Shown piece after piece: positions 50,428-60,090 of a DNA stretch of 64,000 nucleotides. The DNA lies in the NCBI GenBank assembly GCA_943788985.1, contig CALSSJ010000015.1:95098-159097 (forward strand). Reading direction: 5' to 3'. The stretch is from an uncultured Lentisphaerales bacterium. Its GTDB lineage: Bacteria; Verrucomicrobiota; Lentisphaeria; JABSQK01; UBA12247. How positions within the stretch are numbered: the stretch's first letter is position 1; each line of letters starts with the position of its first letter. The translations under genes and the position numbers were made by a program. The notes beneath the pieces were generated by a model. It made no database searches. It was not told the origin of the DNA and saw nothing but the letters and a program-made list of their open reading frames with translations.

Positions 50428-51268
50428 CCGCCGTATGTTTCTCGCGGCTGGTTCCGCTGCTAGCGCAGCCGCCGCAAGTGGAGGGGAGCGTCTGCCGTTC
50501 TTCCGCAATGCGGACTACCACGTGCGCGAACTGCCGAGCCCACGCGAAGCCCTGTTAGGCTACTCGGTTTATCACGAGTTTGATGTCGACCCACGCAAGA
50601 CTGCGGAGTCCGCTGCGAACTTCGCAGCCCCAACCTGGAACCTGGAAGTGCGCGGCAAGGTGGGCAAGACGCTTCGTCTGAATGCCGGTGACCTTGTCTC
50701 GATGTTCCCGCTCGAGGAGCGCGTCTATCGGTTTCGCACCATCACGGGAGTCGGCATGGTCGTCCCCTGGCTTGGCTTTCCACTCGAGTTGCTGCTTGAC
50801 CGAGCGGCGGTCAGCGCCGATGCGAAGTTCGCAACCTTCACCTCGCTTCAAGATCCAGAGCAGCTGCCGAACCAACGCCCGGACAGCGGCCTGGGACTGG
50901 ACTGGCCGTATCGCGAAAGTCTGACGCTCGCCGAGGCGAGCCACCCGCTCGCCTTTCTTGCCGTAGGCGTGTACGGCTATCGGCTGCCCGCGCATTTCGG
51001 CGCTCCGGTACGCCTGATTGTCCCTTGGAAGTACAGCTACAAAGGCCCAAATGCGGTAGTCTCGATCGAGCTTTCGAGCGAGCGCCCTGCCTCCACCTGG
51101 GAGACGGCACTGCCGCATGAATACGAGTTTTCGGGAAATGTTGATCCGGCTCGCCCGCATCCTCGCTGGGGGCAGGGAACCGAACGCCGCTTAGACCGCG
51201 CTGGCCGCTGGCGCTCGCTGCCATACAACGGCTACGGCAAAGATGTGCAGGACCTGTATCCGGGCTAA
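50408..51268 (+). CDS. MsrP/YedY-like Tat-exported protein lacking the Mo-ligand Cys
   Basis: Tat SRRMFL; LEERVYRFR, VPWLGFPL, WPYRESL, GAPVRLIVPWKY, NVDP..PHPRW, YNGYG. Confidence 0.8.
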   Translation: MPLPSVSRRMFLAAGSAASAAAASGGERLPFFRNADYHVRELPSPREALLGYSVYHEFDVDPRKTAESAANFAAPTWNLEVRGKVGKTLRLNAGDLVSMFPLEERVYRFRTITGVGMVVPWLGFPLELLLDRAAVSADAKFATFTSLQDPEQLPNQRPDSGLGLDWPYRESLTLAEASHPLAFLAVGVYGYRLPAHFGAPVRLIVPWKYSYKGPNAVVSIELSSERPASTWETALPHEYEFSGNVDPARPHPRWGQGTERRLDRAGRWRSLPYNGYGKDVQDLYPG

Positions 51269-51666
51269 GAGGCTGGGCCAAAGGAGGCCTTGAGCTTGCG
51301 GATGATTTGCCGCAGTTTTTCCTCCTGCTTGTCATCCAAAACCGGCTCGAGTTGCTGCACGGACTCTTTCAGAATGGCGTTCACTTCAGGCTGATTTCGC
51401 AATTTCACCGTGCGTAGTCGCTCATGGGTCGCCTCGAGGATTCGCGCCACTTCAGACCGTTGGTCTTGACGCAGGTCCAAACGTCGGACAAGGCGCCGCT
51501 CGACGACTTTGCGGACCGAATCCGGCCCGCCGGCTGCTAGCTTTTGCATGCGCGAGCGAACGATTCCGAGGGTCCCGACTGTGCCGATGGCGATCCCCAA
51601 CAGCAGGATGGCGATCATGCCGGTGATCTTCTTGCTGCGAGGTGGAGTTTGCGGGTGGTCTGTCAT
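51265..51666 (-). CDS. Membrane-anchored periplasmic helical protein (CpxP/heavy-metal-sensor-like)
   Basis: N-terminal TM, RLDLRQDQ, VLDDKQ; last gene of the ECF operon. Confidence 0.6.
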   Translation of the reverse strand: MTDHPQTPPRSKKITGMIAILLLGIAIGTVGTLGIVRSRMQKLAAGGPDSVRKVVERRLVRRLDLRQDQRSEVARILEATHERLRTVKLRNQPEVNAILKESVQQLEPVLDDKQEEKLRQIIRKLKASFGPAS

Positions 51667-51956
51667 AGGAATACGGCTCCGACAAGTGGCTCCACAGACT
51701 GTTGAATCAGAGCATCTGCGACCGAAGCTTCGATCGGCGCTACGCTCACCGACCACACGGCTACGATGACCAGGAGGCTGGCCGCCGCGGCGATGAATTG
51801 CCAGAGCAGCAGGTCAGGTTTTGCGGACTCCGCAACCGGCTGTTGCAGCGCCTTCAGGACGTCGTCCTCCCAGCCGGGCTGCGTGGGCGGTGGCTCGGAG
51901 GCCAGCTGCCACGCTGCGCGAAAGCGTGCCTCAGAATCAGGGCTATCGTTACTCAT
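51663..51956 (-). CDS. Putative anti-sigma factor
   Basis: Small single-TM protein overlapping the ECF sigma stop. Confidence 0.55.
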   Translation of the reverse strand: MSNDSPDSEARFRAAWQLASEPPPTQPGWEDDVLKALQQPVAESAKPDLLLWQFIAAAASLLVIVAVWSVSVAPIEASVADALIQQSVEPLVGAVFL

Positions 51957-52588
51957 TTGTGTGCCTCTCGTTCAAGAATAGTCTGTAGTTTGCGCTGGGC
52001 CCGAAAGGCGCGAATCTTGACGTTTGCGATGCTCAGGCCGAGCAACTCGGCTGCTTCACGGACGCTGTGTTCCTGGAGGTGGACCAGCGTCAGGACGGTG
52101 CGATCGGCGGGGGAAAGGCGGCCCAGGCCCCAGTGGACTAATTCACGGGTTTCCTGTCTGGCGAGGTCTCTGTTGCCGGCAAGTGCTGCCTGCTCCCCGT
52201 CGTGACTGGTCAACCAGACTGCCGCTGTTTCGCTCAGGTCTGTATGGGGTGATTCACGCCGTCGGTAGGCGGCACGCCAGTAGTCGTGACAGCGCCGGAC
52301 TGCGATGCGGCTGAGCCAGCGGTCCAAGCCGACGGTGTCCTGATAGGCGGGTAAGGAGCGATAGGCGCTGACGAAAACCTCGTGCACCAACTCCTCGACA
52401 TCTTGGCTCGGCAGATGGCCGGCCACGATCGCCGCGACATGGTCGCGATAGCGCTGCATGATCAGGCGATATGCATCCGGATCGCCCTTGGTAATGCGCT
52501 CGAGAATAGCCGAATCCCGGTCAAGCGGCGGTGTCACCGCTTGATCGGGAAGGGCCATTCGCAGGAAGCTGAGGGAGAGTGTACTCAT
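51953..52588 (-). CDS. ECF RNA polymerase sigma factor
   Basis: DVEELVHEVF, WLSRIAVRRCHDYWR, SVREAAELLGLSIANVKIRAFRA. Confidence 0.92.
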   Translation of the reverse strand: MSTLSLSFLRMALPDQAVTPPLDRDSAILERITKGDPDAYRLIMQRYRDHVAAIVAGHLPSQDVEELVHEVFVSAYRSLPAYQDTVGLDRWLSRIAVRRCHDYWRAAYRRRESPHTDLSETAAVWLTSHDGEQAALAGNRDLARQETRELVHWGLGRLSPADRTVLTLVHLQEHSVREAAELLGLSIANVKIRAFRAQRKLQTILEREAHK

Positions 52589-52604
52589 GCCTACGGAAGG
52601 TTCA

Positions 52605-53159
52605 TCATTCCGCGTGCATGTCGATCCAAGTATCGACCGCGGCTTGAATCATGGGCCTGACCACGCGCAGGCGGTTGCCGACGGTTTCGGTTGCTGTGGC
52701 CAGCGTGACTTGCTGGTCCTGGTCGAGCAGCTCACGGATGGCGCCGTAGAGCGCGTAGCGGGTGACGGCGAGATCTTCAATCGTGTCCCCGAGGTTCCTG
52801 GCGCGACTGCGGACCTGGTCTTCATCGGCCCGCTCGGCGAGAATAGCAGCAACCATTGCCGTGCGGGCCTCGGCCACGGCATCCAGCTGCGGACGAACGG
52901 TGTCGCGGGAGTCCTTGAGGATCGTGGCGATCTCGCGTTTTTGGTCTGCGGAGAGTTCGAGTTGCTGCAGCAGCTTGCCCAGGTGGCAGCGCTGGGGAGT
53001 GTCCTCGGGGAAGCCTCCGAATGGATTGGTGGATGCCTGCAGGCCGAGGCAGTTGATGGGGAGTAGGGAAATGGTGAGTCGGGTGAAAATGGCTAATTCC
53101 TCGCGGTGTTTTGGTGTCGGTGTGAGTGTGCGCACACCCTCCTTATCGCACCACAGCAC
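52605..53159 (-). CDS. Spy/CpxP family protein (start uncertain)
   Basis: LELSADQKREI and LLDQDQQ LTxxQ-like motifs; helical. Confidence 0.65.
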   Translation of the reverse strand: MLWCDKEGVRTLTPTPKHREELAIFTRLTISLLPINCLGLQASTNPFGGFPEDTPQRCHLGKLLQQLELSADQKREIATILKDSRDTVRPQLDAVAEARTAMVAAILAERADEDQVRSRARNLGDTIEDLAVTRYALYGAIRELLDQDQQVTLATATETVGNRLRVVRPMIQAAVDTWIDMHAE

Positions 53160-53258
53160 GAAGTGGTTACACTGTTCTCACGATTATTCGTGGCGGCTCA
53201 TTGTCTGCAAACGGCAACTTTCGAATGAACACCCGGCGCGCGGCACTACTGGTACCGG

Positions 53259-53888
53259 ATGGGACGAACGATATTTATTGGCGATATTCATGGTTGCCTG
53301 GACGAATTCCTGGCGATTCTAGACCGACTTGCGATCACCGCAGGCGACCGTGTGATCTGTATTGGCGACTTGATCAACAAGGGACCGAAGTCGGCAGCAG
53401 TGGTGCGGGTGGTCTACAAGCGCGGTTTCGAATGCCTGCGTGGGAATCATGACCACAGCTACCTGAAGCATCCAGAGAACCGCCGCTATGCAGAACTCCA
53501 TGACGCGCTCCCAGGCAAGGTGCGTAAGTGGTACGGCAAGTTACCGCTTTACATTGAGGACCAGCACTTTCTAGCGGTGCACGCCGGGCTGGCACCCGGT
53601 CTTGGGATTGCCGGACAGGACCCACATATTCTCATGTCTATTCGCACTTGGGATGGAAAGGGAGATCGCTTGAATTCAGCAGACGATCCGCCCTGGTACA
53701 GCTTCTATAAGGGACAGAAGCCTGTGATCTACGGGCATTGGGCTGCCGCCGGCTTAACGGTTCGTCGCCATACGATCGGGCTGGACAGCGGCTGCGTGTA
53801 CGGAAACCAACTCACGGCGTATGTCTTGGAGACCGGCGAGATTATCCAAGTGCAGGCCAAGAAAGTCTATGCGGCGGTGAGCGGGTGA
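53259..53888 (+). CDS. Metallophosphoesterase (ApaH/PrpE-like)
   Basis: GDIHG, GDLINKG, GNHD, VHAG, GH, LDSGCVYG. Confidence 0.9.
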   Translation: MGRTIFIGDIHGCLDEFLAILDRLAITAGDRVICIGDLINKGPKSAAVVRVVYKRGFECLRGNHDHSYLKHPENRRYAELHDALPGKVRKWYGKLPLYIEDQHFLAVHAGLAPGLGIAGQDPHILMSIRTWDGKGDRLNSADDPPWYSFYKGQKPVIYGHWAAAGLTVRRHTIGLDSGCVYGNQLTAYVLETGEIIQVQAKKVYAAVSG

Positions 53889-54259
53889 CGGCGCTGGTCA
53901 TCGTTGATCATGGAAGCAAGCGCGAGGCTGCCAATCGCATGCTGCAGCAGATGTGTGAGCTGGTGCTAGGTCAGGCCGCCGGCCGCTACATGTGCGTGCG
54001 TCCGGCACACATGGAATTGGCGGAACCCACTTTGGGCCAGGCGATCGATGCCTGCGTGGCAGATGGTGCGACCACGGTGATCATCAGCCTGCTATTTCTC
54101 GCGCCAGGCCGCCATGCGACCGCGGATATCCCGGCGCTGGTTGCGGAGTCCGCAACGGCTCACCCGGGGCTCGAGATCCACCTCGCGGAGCCATTGGGGC
54201 TGGACGCACTGCTCGCAGATTTGCTTATCAAACGCGCGGATCAGGCGCGTTCGGGATAA
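53885..54259 (+). CDS. CbiX/SirB-type short chelatase
   Basis: VDHGS, AHMELAEP, FLAPGRH, DIP, AEPLG. Confidence 0.88.
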   Translation: MTALVIVDHGSKREAANRMLQQMCELVLGQAAGRYMCVRPAHMELAEPTLGQAIDACVADGATTVIISLLFLAPGRHATADIPALVAESATAHPGLEIHLAEPLGLDALLADLLIKRADQARSG

Positions 54260-54285
54260 CACAAGAACCAAGGCCGGGAGGCACA

Positions 54286-56424
54286 ATGCCGACGCCGATG
54301 CACAAGTTGATCGGACGCAGTATTTTACTATCAGGAACAGATCCGGAGCAGAAGCGCGAAGAGCTGCGCGCTTATTTTCACCGCACATTCACGCTCTACG
54401 AGCGGCTGTTCGAGACGCTGGTGGCGGAGGACGCCTATTACGAGCGGCCGGAGCCTTTGCGCCACCCGTTGATCTTTTACTACGGGCATACCGCTACGTT
54501 CTTTGTCAATAAGCTAATTTTGGCTAAGGCCATTCCGCAGCGGATTAATCCGCGGTTCGAAGCGATGTTCGCGATCGGGGTCGACGAGATGAGCTGGGAT
54601 GACCTGAATGACGCGCACTATCAATGGCCCCGCGTCGAGGACGTCCGGGCCTATCGCAACCAGGTGCGTGAGCTGGTGGACGCAGTGATCTCTGAGCAGG
54701 ACCTGTCGCTGCCGATTCACTGGGATACGTTTGTGCCATGGACGATCTGCATGGGGATCGAGCACGAGCGCATTCATCTTGAGACCAGCTCCGTACTGAT
54801 CCGGCAGTTGGACGTTCGCTGGGTGCAGCCGCACGCGGACTGGCCTATCTGCACGGACAGCGGAGAAGCTCCAGAGAACGTCATGCAGCCAGTTCCCGCC
54901 GGGACCGTCGATATCGGCAAACAGCGTTCGGATGGGCTCTATGGGTGGGATAATGAATATGGCACGCACCGGGCCGAAGTTGCGGAGTTCGCAGCCTCGA
55001 AGTACCTGATCAGCAATCAAGAATTCCGCGGCTTCATGGATGCTGGCGGCTACCAAACGCCAGAATGGTGGACCGAGGAAGGGCGCAATTGGCTCGCATT
55101 CAGCGGGCGCGAGTACCCGATTTTCTGGTTGAAGGATGGGGCAGGGAACTATCGCTTCCGGACCATGCTGCAGGAGATTGAGATGCCGTGGGATTGGCCG
55201 GCAGAGGTGAACTATCTCGAGGCCAAGGCGTTCTGTAAGTGGCGCGCCACCGTTACGGGGCACCTTGTGCGGTTGCCCACCGAAGATGAGTGGCACCGCT
55301 TGCACGACAGCTGTGGAATTCCGGATCAGCCGGATTGGCCAGAGACGGTCCCGTTCAATATCAACCTGGAGCATGGGGCCTCTTCGGTGCCCGTGAACCG
55401 CCATGAGCTGGGTGGTTTCTGTGACGTGATCGGCAATGTCTGGCAATGGACGGAGACGCCCATTCACGGGTTCGATGGATTCGAGGTGCATCCGCTCTAT
55501 GATGATTTCTCGAGCCCCACCTTCGATAATCAGCATAACTTGATCAAGGGCGGGTCCTGGATCGCCACCGGAAATGAAGCGACACGTTTGGGCCGCTATG
55601 CGTTTCGGCGGCACTTTTTTCAGCACGTCGGCTTTCGTCTGGTCGAAGGAGAGGAGCTGCCGCCTTTAGCCGAATTGCCGAACGAGGACTATGAGACCGA
55701 CGCCGCAGTTTCTCAGTACTGCGAATTCCACTACGGAGCCAGCTGCTTCGGCGTGCCAAATTTCCCGGAGGCGGTGGTTCAGCATGTGCTGGACCATCAC
55801 ATGGGCGGGACCGAGCGCGCGTTGGATCTTGGCTGTGCAGTTGGGCGGGGCACCTTTGAGCTGGCCCGAGTCTTTGAGCAAGCGACCGGCATCGATTTCT
55901 CGGCGCGATTCATTCGGCAGGCAATTTCTCTGCAAGAGCACGGCTTCGTCAGCTACGCAATCTGCGATGAAGGCAGTCTCACCAGTGCTCGTGAGTACAC
56001 GCTCGAGGATCTTGGGCTGCTCGGACTCGAGACCAAAGTGACGTTCTGTCAAGGCGATGCGCACAACCTGCGACCGCAATTTAGCGACTACGACCTGATC
56101 ACTGCGGTGAATCTGATCGACCGCTTGTACGAGCCACAAAAGTTTTTGGAAAGCCTGCACGAGCGGTTGCGCCCTGGCGGGACTTTGGCGATTACGTCTC
56201 CTTATACATGGCTGGAGGAATACACGGCTCCCGAGAACTGGCTGGGGGGCTTTACCCGGGACGGCGAGGCGGTCACGACGCTGGACGCCCTGCGCCAGAT
56301 TCTAAGCCCGCGTTTTGAGCCGATCACAGATCCGATCGATGTGCCGTTTGTGATTCGCGAGACGGCGCGCAAGCACCAACACACGGTCAGCCACCTCACG
56401 CTATGGCGGCGCCGCGATGTCTGA
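54286..56424 (+). CDS. ovoA: Ovothiol synthase: 5-histidylcysteine sulfoxide synthase plus methyltransferase
   Basis: LRHPLIFYYGHTATFFVNKL, GVDEMSWDD, HERIHLETSSVL, YGWDNEYG, RYAFRRHFFQHVGFR, SAM motif LDLGCAVGR. Confidence 0.93.
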   Translation: MPTPMHKLIGRSILLSGTDPEQKREELRAYFHRTFTLYERLFETLVAEDAYYERPEPLRHPLIFYYGHTATFFVNKLILAKAIPQRINPRFEAMFAIGVDEMSWDDLNDAHYQWPRVEDVRAYRNQVRELVDAVISEQDLSLPIHWDTFVPWTICMGIEHERIHLETSSVLIRQLDVRWVQPHADWPICTDSGEAPENVMQPVPAGTVDIGKQRSDGLYGWDNEYGTHRAEVAEFAASKYLISNQEFRGFMDAGGYQTPEWWTEEGRNWLAFSGREYPIFWLKDGAGNYRFRTMLQEIEMPWDWPAEVNYLEAKAFCKWRATVTGHLVRLPTEDEWHRLHDSCGIPDQPDWPETVPFNINLEHGASSVPVNRHELGGFCDVIGNVWQWTETPIHGFDGFEVHPLYDDFSSPTFDNQHNLIKGGSWIATGNEATRLGRYAFRRHFFQHVGFRLVEGEELPPLAELPNEDYETDAAVSQYCEFHYGASCFGVPNFPEAVVQHVLDHHMGGTERALDLGCAVGRGTFELARVFEQATGIDFSARFIRQAISLQEHGFVSYAICDEGSLTSAREYTLEDLGLLGLETKVTFCQGDAHNLRPQFSDYDLITAVNLIDRLYEPQKFLESLHERLRPGGTLAITSPYTWLEEYTAPENWLGGFTRDGEAVTTLDALRQILSPRFEPITDPIDVPFVIRETARKHQHTVSHLTLWRRRDV

Positions 56425-57433
56425 AGATCGCTACAGTCGGCAGGTGCGCTTTTCCGGAATCGGGGAGAGCGGTCAGCAAAAGCTGGTGGAGGCGTCGGTG
56501 CTGCTGGTGGGCTGCGGTGGATTGGGTACCGTGCTGGCGGACATGCTGGGCCGGGCGGGGATCGGCAAGCTGCACATCATCGACCGCGACTATGTGGAGC
56601 TCAGTAACCTGCAACGACAGATGCTGTTTACGACGGCCGATGCCACCGAGCGGTTGCCCAAAGCCGCTGCAGCCCGCGACCGGCTGGCTCTGATCAACCC
56701 GGAGATCACCGTGGAAGCCACCATCGGTGAGTTTTCGGCAGCCTGCGCGGACGAGTTGGTGGCGGATGCGTCGCTGGTGATCGACGGTACGGACAATCTT
56801 GGGACGCGGTATTTGATCAACGACGCCTGCGTCGCGGCAGGCAAGCCGTGGATCTATGGGGCGGCCGTGGGCAGCTCCGGAATGGCCATGTCGATCACGC
56901 CAGGGGCTTCGCCTTGCTTTCGCTGCATTTTCCCTGAAGCGCCCCGAGCCGGAAGCGCCCAGACCTGTGATACTGCGGGCGTGCTCTCGCCCATCCTGCA
57001 CCAGGTCGCTGCGCAACAGGCAACGCTGGCCTTTCAGCTGCTGACCGGTGACCACGGTCAGACCGGGCAGTTGTTTCAGTTTGATTGTTGGACCGGTCAG
57101 TTTGATCGGCTAGATCTGCGCACCGCGAAGAACCCAGAATGTGTGTGTTGCGGACTTCGCAACTTCGAGCATCTCGATGCAGTTGCGCGGGAGACCACGA
57201 CTTCGTTGTGCGGGCGGAATGCCATTCAGATTGCGCCGGCGACACCGGATGCGGTGGATCTGGCGGCCCTAGCCGAGCGGTTGCGCCGTTCTGGAAGAGT
57301 GACCGAGAATCCATACTTGCTCAGCTTCGCAGGGGATGGCGTGTCCTTTACGGTGTTTCGCGATGGCCGCGCCGTAGTGCATGAAACCACCGATGCTGTC
57401 GTGGCGAGAGGTATTCGAGATCGCTACGTCTGA
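56417..57433 (+). CDS. ThiF/MoeB family adenylyltransferase
   Basis: RYSRQ, GCGGLG, DRDYVELSNLQRQ, DGTDN, CFRC, CDTAGV. Confidence 0.92.
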   Translation: MSEDRYSRQVRFSGIGESGQQKLVEASVLLVGCGGLGTVLADMLGRAGIGKLHIIDRDYVELSNLQRQMLFTTADATERLPKAAAARDRLALINPEITVEATIGEFSAACADELVADASLVIDGTDNLGTRYLINDACVAAGKPWIYGAAVGSSGMAMSITPGASPCFRCIFPEAPRAGSAQTCDTAGVLSPILHQVAAQQATLAFQLLTGDHGQTGQLFQFDCWTGQFDRLDLRTAKNPECVCCGLRNFEHLDAVARETTTSLCGRNAIQIAPATPDAVDLAALAERLRRSGRVTENPYLLSFAGDGVSFTVFRDGRAVVHETTDAVVARGIRDRYV

Positions 57434-57625
57434 CTGTCTGAAGGGGGCCAGCTCTCTTTGTGATTACAATTTCTTCACCGCAGAGCTCACAGAGAGCACA
57501 AAGAAAAGAGGAGATGTATTGTGGCCGTTGTTAGTCTGCGCGTGGATTCTAGCCTGCCGAGGGGCGGTGCGGTTTTTACTCGACTCGGTGTAACGTGCTC
57601 TGGCATCAAAAATGAGGCGGGGACG

Positions 57626-58438
57626 ATGACACAGGAAAAAATCTGGCTGGCGATTCGAGCCGAGGCCAAGGACGAAGCGCAGCAAGAACCGCTCTTGGTG
57701 GGCTTTCTGCACGCGACAATCTTGAACCACACCACGCTGGCCAGCGCGCTGGCGTTCCATCTGGCAAACCAGCTTGAGGCGCCCACGATGCCGGCGGTTC
57801 TGCTGAGGGAAATCATCAGTGAGGCACTGGAGAACGATGAGACCGTGATGGATGCGGTGTGCCATGACATCGAAGCGGTCATGACCCGCGACCCAGCCTG
57901 CCCGGGCTATTCGATCCCGTTTCTGTTCTTCAAAGGATTTCATGCGCTGCAAGCGTACCGTGTTGGGCATTGGCTGTGGACGCATGGCCGAACAGTGCTG
58001 GCGCTGGCGCTGCAGAGCAAGGTCTCACAGAAGTTTGGCGTAGATATCCACCCGGGTGCCCGGATTGGGAAAGGCATCTTGTTCGATCACGCGACGGGAA
58101 TTGTGATCGGTGAGACCGCTGTGCTTGGCAACAATGTCTCGATGCTGCACCAGGTGACGCTCGGCGGCACGGGCAAGATCTCGGGAGACCGTCACCCGAA
58201 GGTGGAAGACGGTGTCTTGATCGGTGCAGGGGCGACCATCATCGGCAACATCCGGATCGGCGAAGGAGCCAAGATTGGCGCCAGCAGTGTCGTGCTGGCT
58301 GATGTCCCCTGCCACACCACCGCAGTGGGCGTGCCCGCGCAAATTATCGGCCGGCCCACCTGCGACCAGCCAGCCTTGGAGATGAACCACGAGGTGCCGT
58401 GCGGCAAGCACGACATACACCTTGGGTCCCATATTTAA
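57626..58438 (+). CDS. cysE: Serine O-acetyltransferase
   Basis: RDPAC, FKGFHALQ, DIHPGARIG, DHATGIVIGETA, GGTGK, RHPK. Confidence 0.95.
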   Translation: MTQEKIWLAIRAEAKDEAQQEPLLVGFLHATILNHTTLASALAFHLANQLEAPTMPAVLLREIISEALENDETVMDAVCHDIEAVMTRDPACPGYSIPFLFFKGFHALQAYRVGHWLWTHGRTVLALALQSKVSQKFGVDIHPGARIGKGILFDHATGIVIGETAVLGNNVSMLHQVTLGGTGKISGDRHPKVEDGVLIGAGATIIGNIRIGEGAKIGASSVVLADVPCHTTAVGVPAQIIGRPTCDQPALEMNHEVPCGKHDIHLGSHI

Positions 58439-59999
58439 GACGGCCAAGCAGTGCTGCGATGTCCGCATTGCCTGTGGCTTCGCCGCGCTCGTCTTCTTCA
58501 CCTACGCCTATAATTATCATGGCGCGACGTGGAACCAGAACTCGCGCTTTGATATGGTCTTTACCACGGTTGAGCCGAGTTCGGCTGAGCAGCCGCTATT
58601 CGCGATCGATCGCTTTCTGCCCGCGCCGGACTTGGGCCTGAATACCGGCGATTGGTCGTACTACCCGGGAACCTGCCGCCAGACCGAGAAAGGCTGGCTC
58701 GGTGAAGGCGGGCATTACTATTCGAACAAGGCCCCGGGCCCGGCGTTGCTGGGCATCATCGCCTACGGAATCCTGCATCCGCTAGAGAGAAGCCTCGGAA
58801 TGCACCCGGATCAGCCGGGGGTGGCGCTGGCAAACGCCTACCTGATTCACCTCTGGGCCACAGTGTTGCCACTTACACTGGCCGCACTGGCGGCCTATCA
58901 GCTATTGTTGAACCTGACAAAGCAGGATCGAAAGCGAACCTTTCTCGGCATGCTGGCATTGTTCTGGGGGAGCCTGCTGTGGCCCTACGCGAGTCAGTTT
59001 TGGGGCCATGCGACCGCGGCGGCGTTCGTGATCATTGGCCTATGGGGCTTTATGAAGCCGCCCGGCTGGCTGCAGGCCCTATCCGGCTTGGCTATCGGCC
59101 TCGCTGTGCTCTGCGAATACTCGTGCGCGTTCTTCGTGATCGGCATGTGCGTGACGCGAGCCGTCCAGCGCGACTGGTGCAGCCTGGGGCTGCTGTTGGC
59201 AGGCGGGTTGATCCCGTTCTCCCTGTTTGCCTGGTATCACTGGATTTGCTTCGGAAACCCGCTGGCGGTGGCCAATCTCTACAACAACCCCGGGTTTCGC
59301 GATACAGGCGCTGTTGGTGGACTGTTCAGTACGGTCGATCCAGAGGCGATTGTGGGCCTGACGGTTTCGCCAGACAAGGGCTTGTTCCTGCTGATGCCGG
59401 TGCTGGGCATCGCGATCCCGGCGCTTTATCTGCGCGCTCGCGAACGGCTGGCCACTGCGTTGGAATGGCTGTGTGCCGGCACCATCGCAGCCTTCTTCAT
59501 TATGAACATCTCCTTCAACGGCTGGCATGGCGGGATGTGCATCGGGCCTCGCTATCAGATCCCGGTATTACCCGCGTACATTCTGCTTCTCGTCTTGCTT
59601 CCACAGCATCGCTTGGCGACTCTCGCACTGGCGACGGGCACCGCGATCTCAGTCTGCAACATGCTGGTTGTGACCTTAATCACGCCGCTCGGGTTCGACC
59701 GTTCGAGTACATCCCTGCAGGTCTGTTATGAGTCCGTAGGCCAGATGCTGTTCCAAGGAAAGAACATGCTGCATCCTTACCAGGGCCCGATTCGGCTGCA
59801 GGCTGTAGAGACGCGCTTGGGAGATTGGGAGTGTTTCAACTGGGGCGAGTTGGCCTCGCTAGAAGGGCGCAGCTCGGTGCTGCCGCTACTCTTTGTCTTT
59901 GGCGCCAGCCTCTACCTGCTCTGGCGCGATTCCGCGCGCGAACCGCAGGGAGAAAACGATAAGGCGCTTGAGACTTGTGATCAGGGGCATCCCGGCTAG
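58422..59999 (+). CDS. Polytopic membrane protein, possibly a GT-C-fold glycosyltransferase
   Basis: Many TM segments; NQNSRFD, YYSNKAPG, GWHGG..IGPRY. Confidence 0.6.
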   Translation: MGPIFKTAKQCCDVRIACGFAALVFFTYAYNYHGATWNQNSRFDMVFTTVEPSSAEQPLFAIDRFLPAPDLGLNTGDWSYYPGTCRQTEKGWLGEGGHYYSNKAPGPALLGIIAYGILHPLERSLGMHPDQPGVALANAYLIHLWATVLPLTLAALAAYQLLLNLTKQDRKRTFLGMLALFWGSLLWPYASQFWGHATAAAFVIIGLWGFMKPPGWLQALSGLAIGLAVLCEYSCAFFVIGMCVTRAVQRDWCSLGLLLAGGLIPFSLFAWYHWICFGNPLAVANLYNNPGFRDTGAVGGLFSTVDPEAIVGLTVSPDKGLFLLMPVLGIAIPALYLRARERLATALEWLCAGTIAAFFIMNISFNGWHGGMCIGPRYQIPVLPAYILLLVLLPQHRLATLALATGTAISVCNMLVVTLITPLGFDRSSTSLQVCYESVGQMLFQGKNMLHPYQGPIRLQAVETRLGDWECFNWGELASLEGRSSVLPLLFVFGASLYLLWRDSAREPQGENDKALETCDQGHPG

Positions 60000-60090
60000 G
60001 TTGCACTGTTTTAGCAATAGGGCTGAACGGCCTGGCCTGCGATCGGCCAGCTGCACGCTCCTACTCACTGCTTCGGAGCATGAATCGACG

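Larger units (their letters stand above)
6504..57161. repeat. Dispersed intragenic pseudo-palindrome TGCG[AG]A[CG]T[CT]CGCA, 30 exact copies counted by hand
   Basis: Core starts: 6504, 7219, 7235, 7382, 7964, 9944, 11263, 18986, 20696, 20899, 21717, 25369, 25730, 26573, 26805, 27879, 28614, 29376, 33781, 43060, 43291, 45231, 49980, 50395, 50614, 50821, 51822, 54142, 54981, 57149. Confidence 0.95.

Noticed and set aside
6504..57161. Iterated palindrome as a CRISPR array or REP element
   Set aside because: Copies are 13-15 bp, irregularly dispersed and intragenic, with no spacer periodicity or cas genes.
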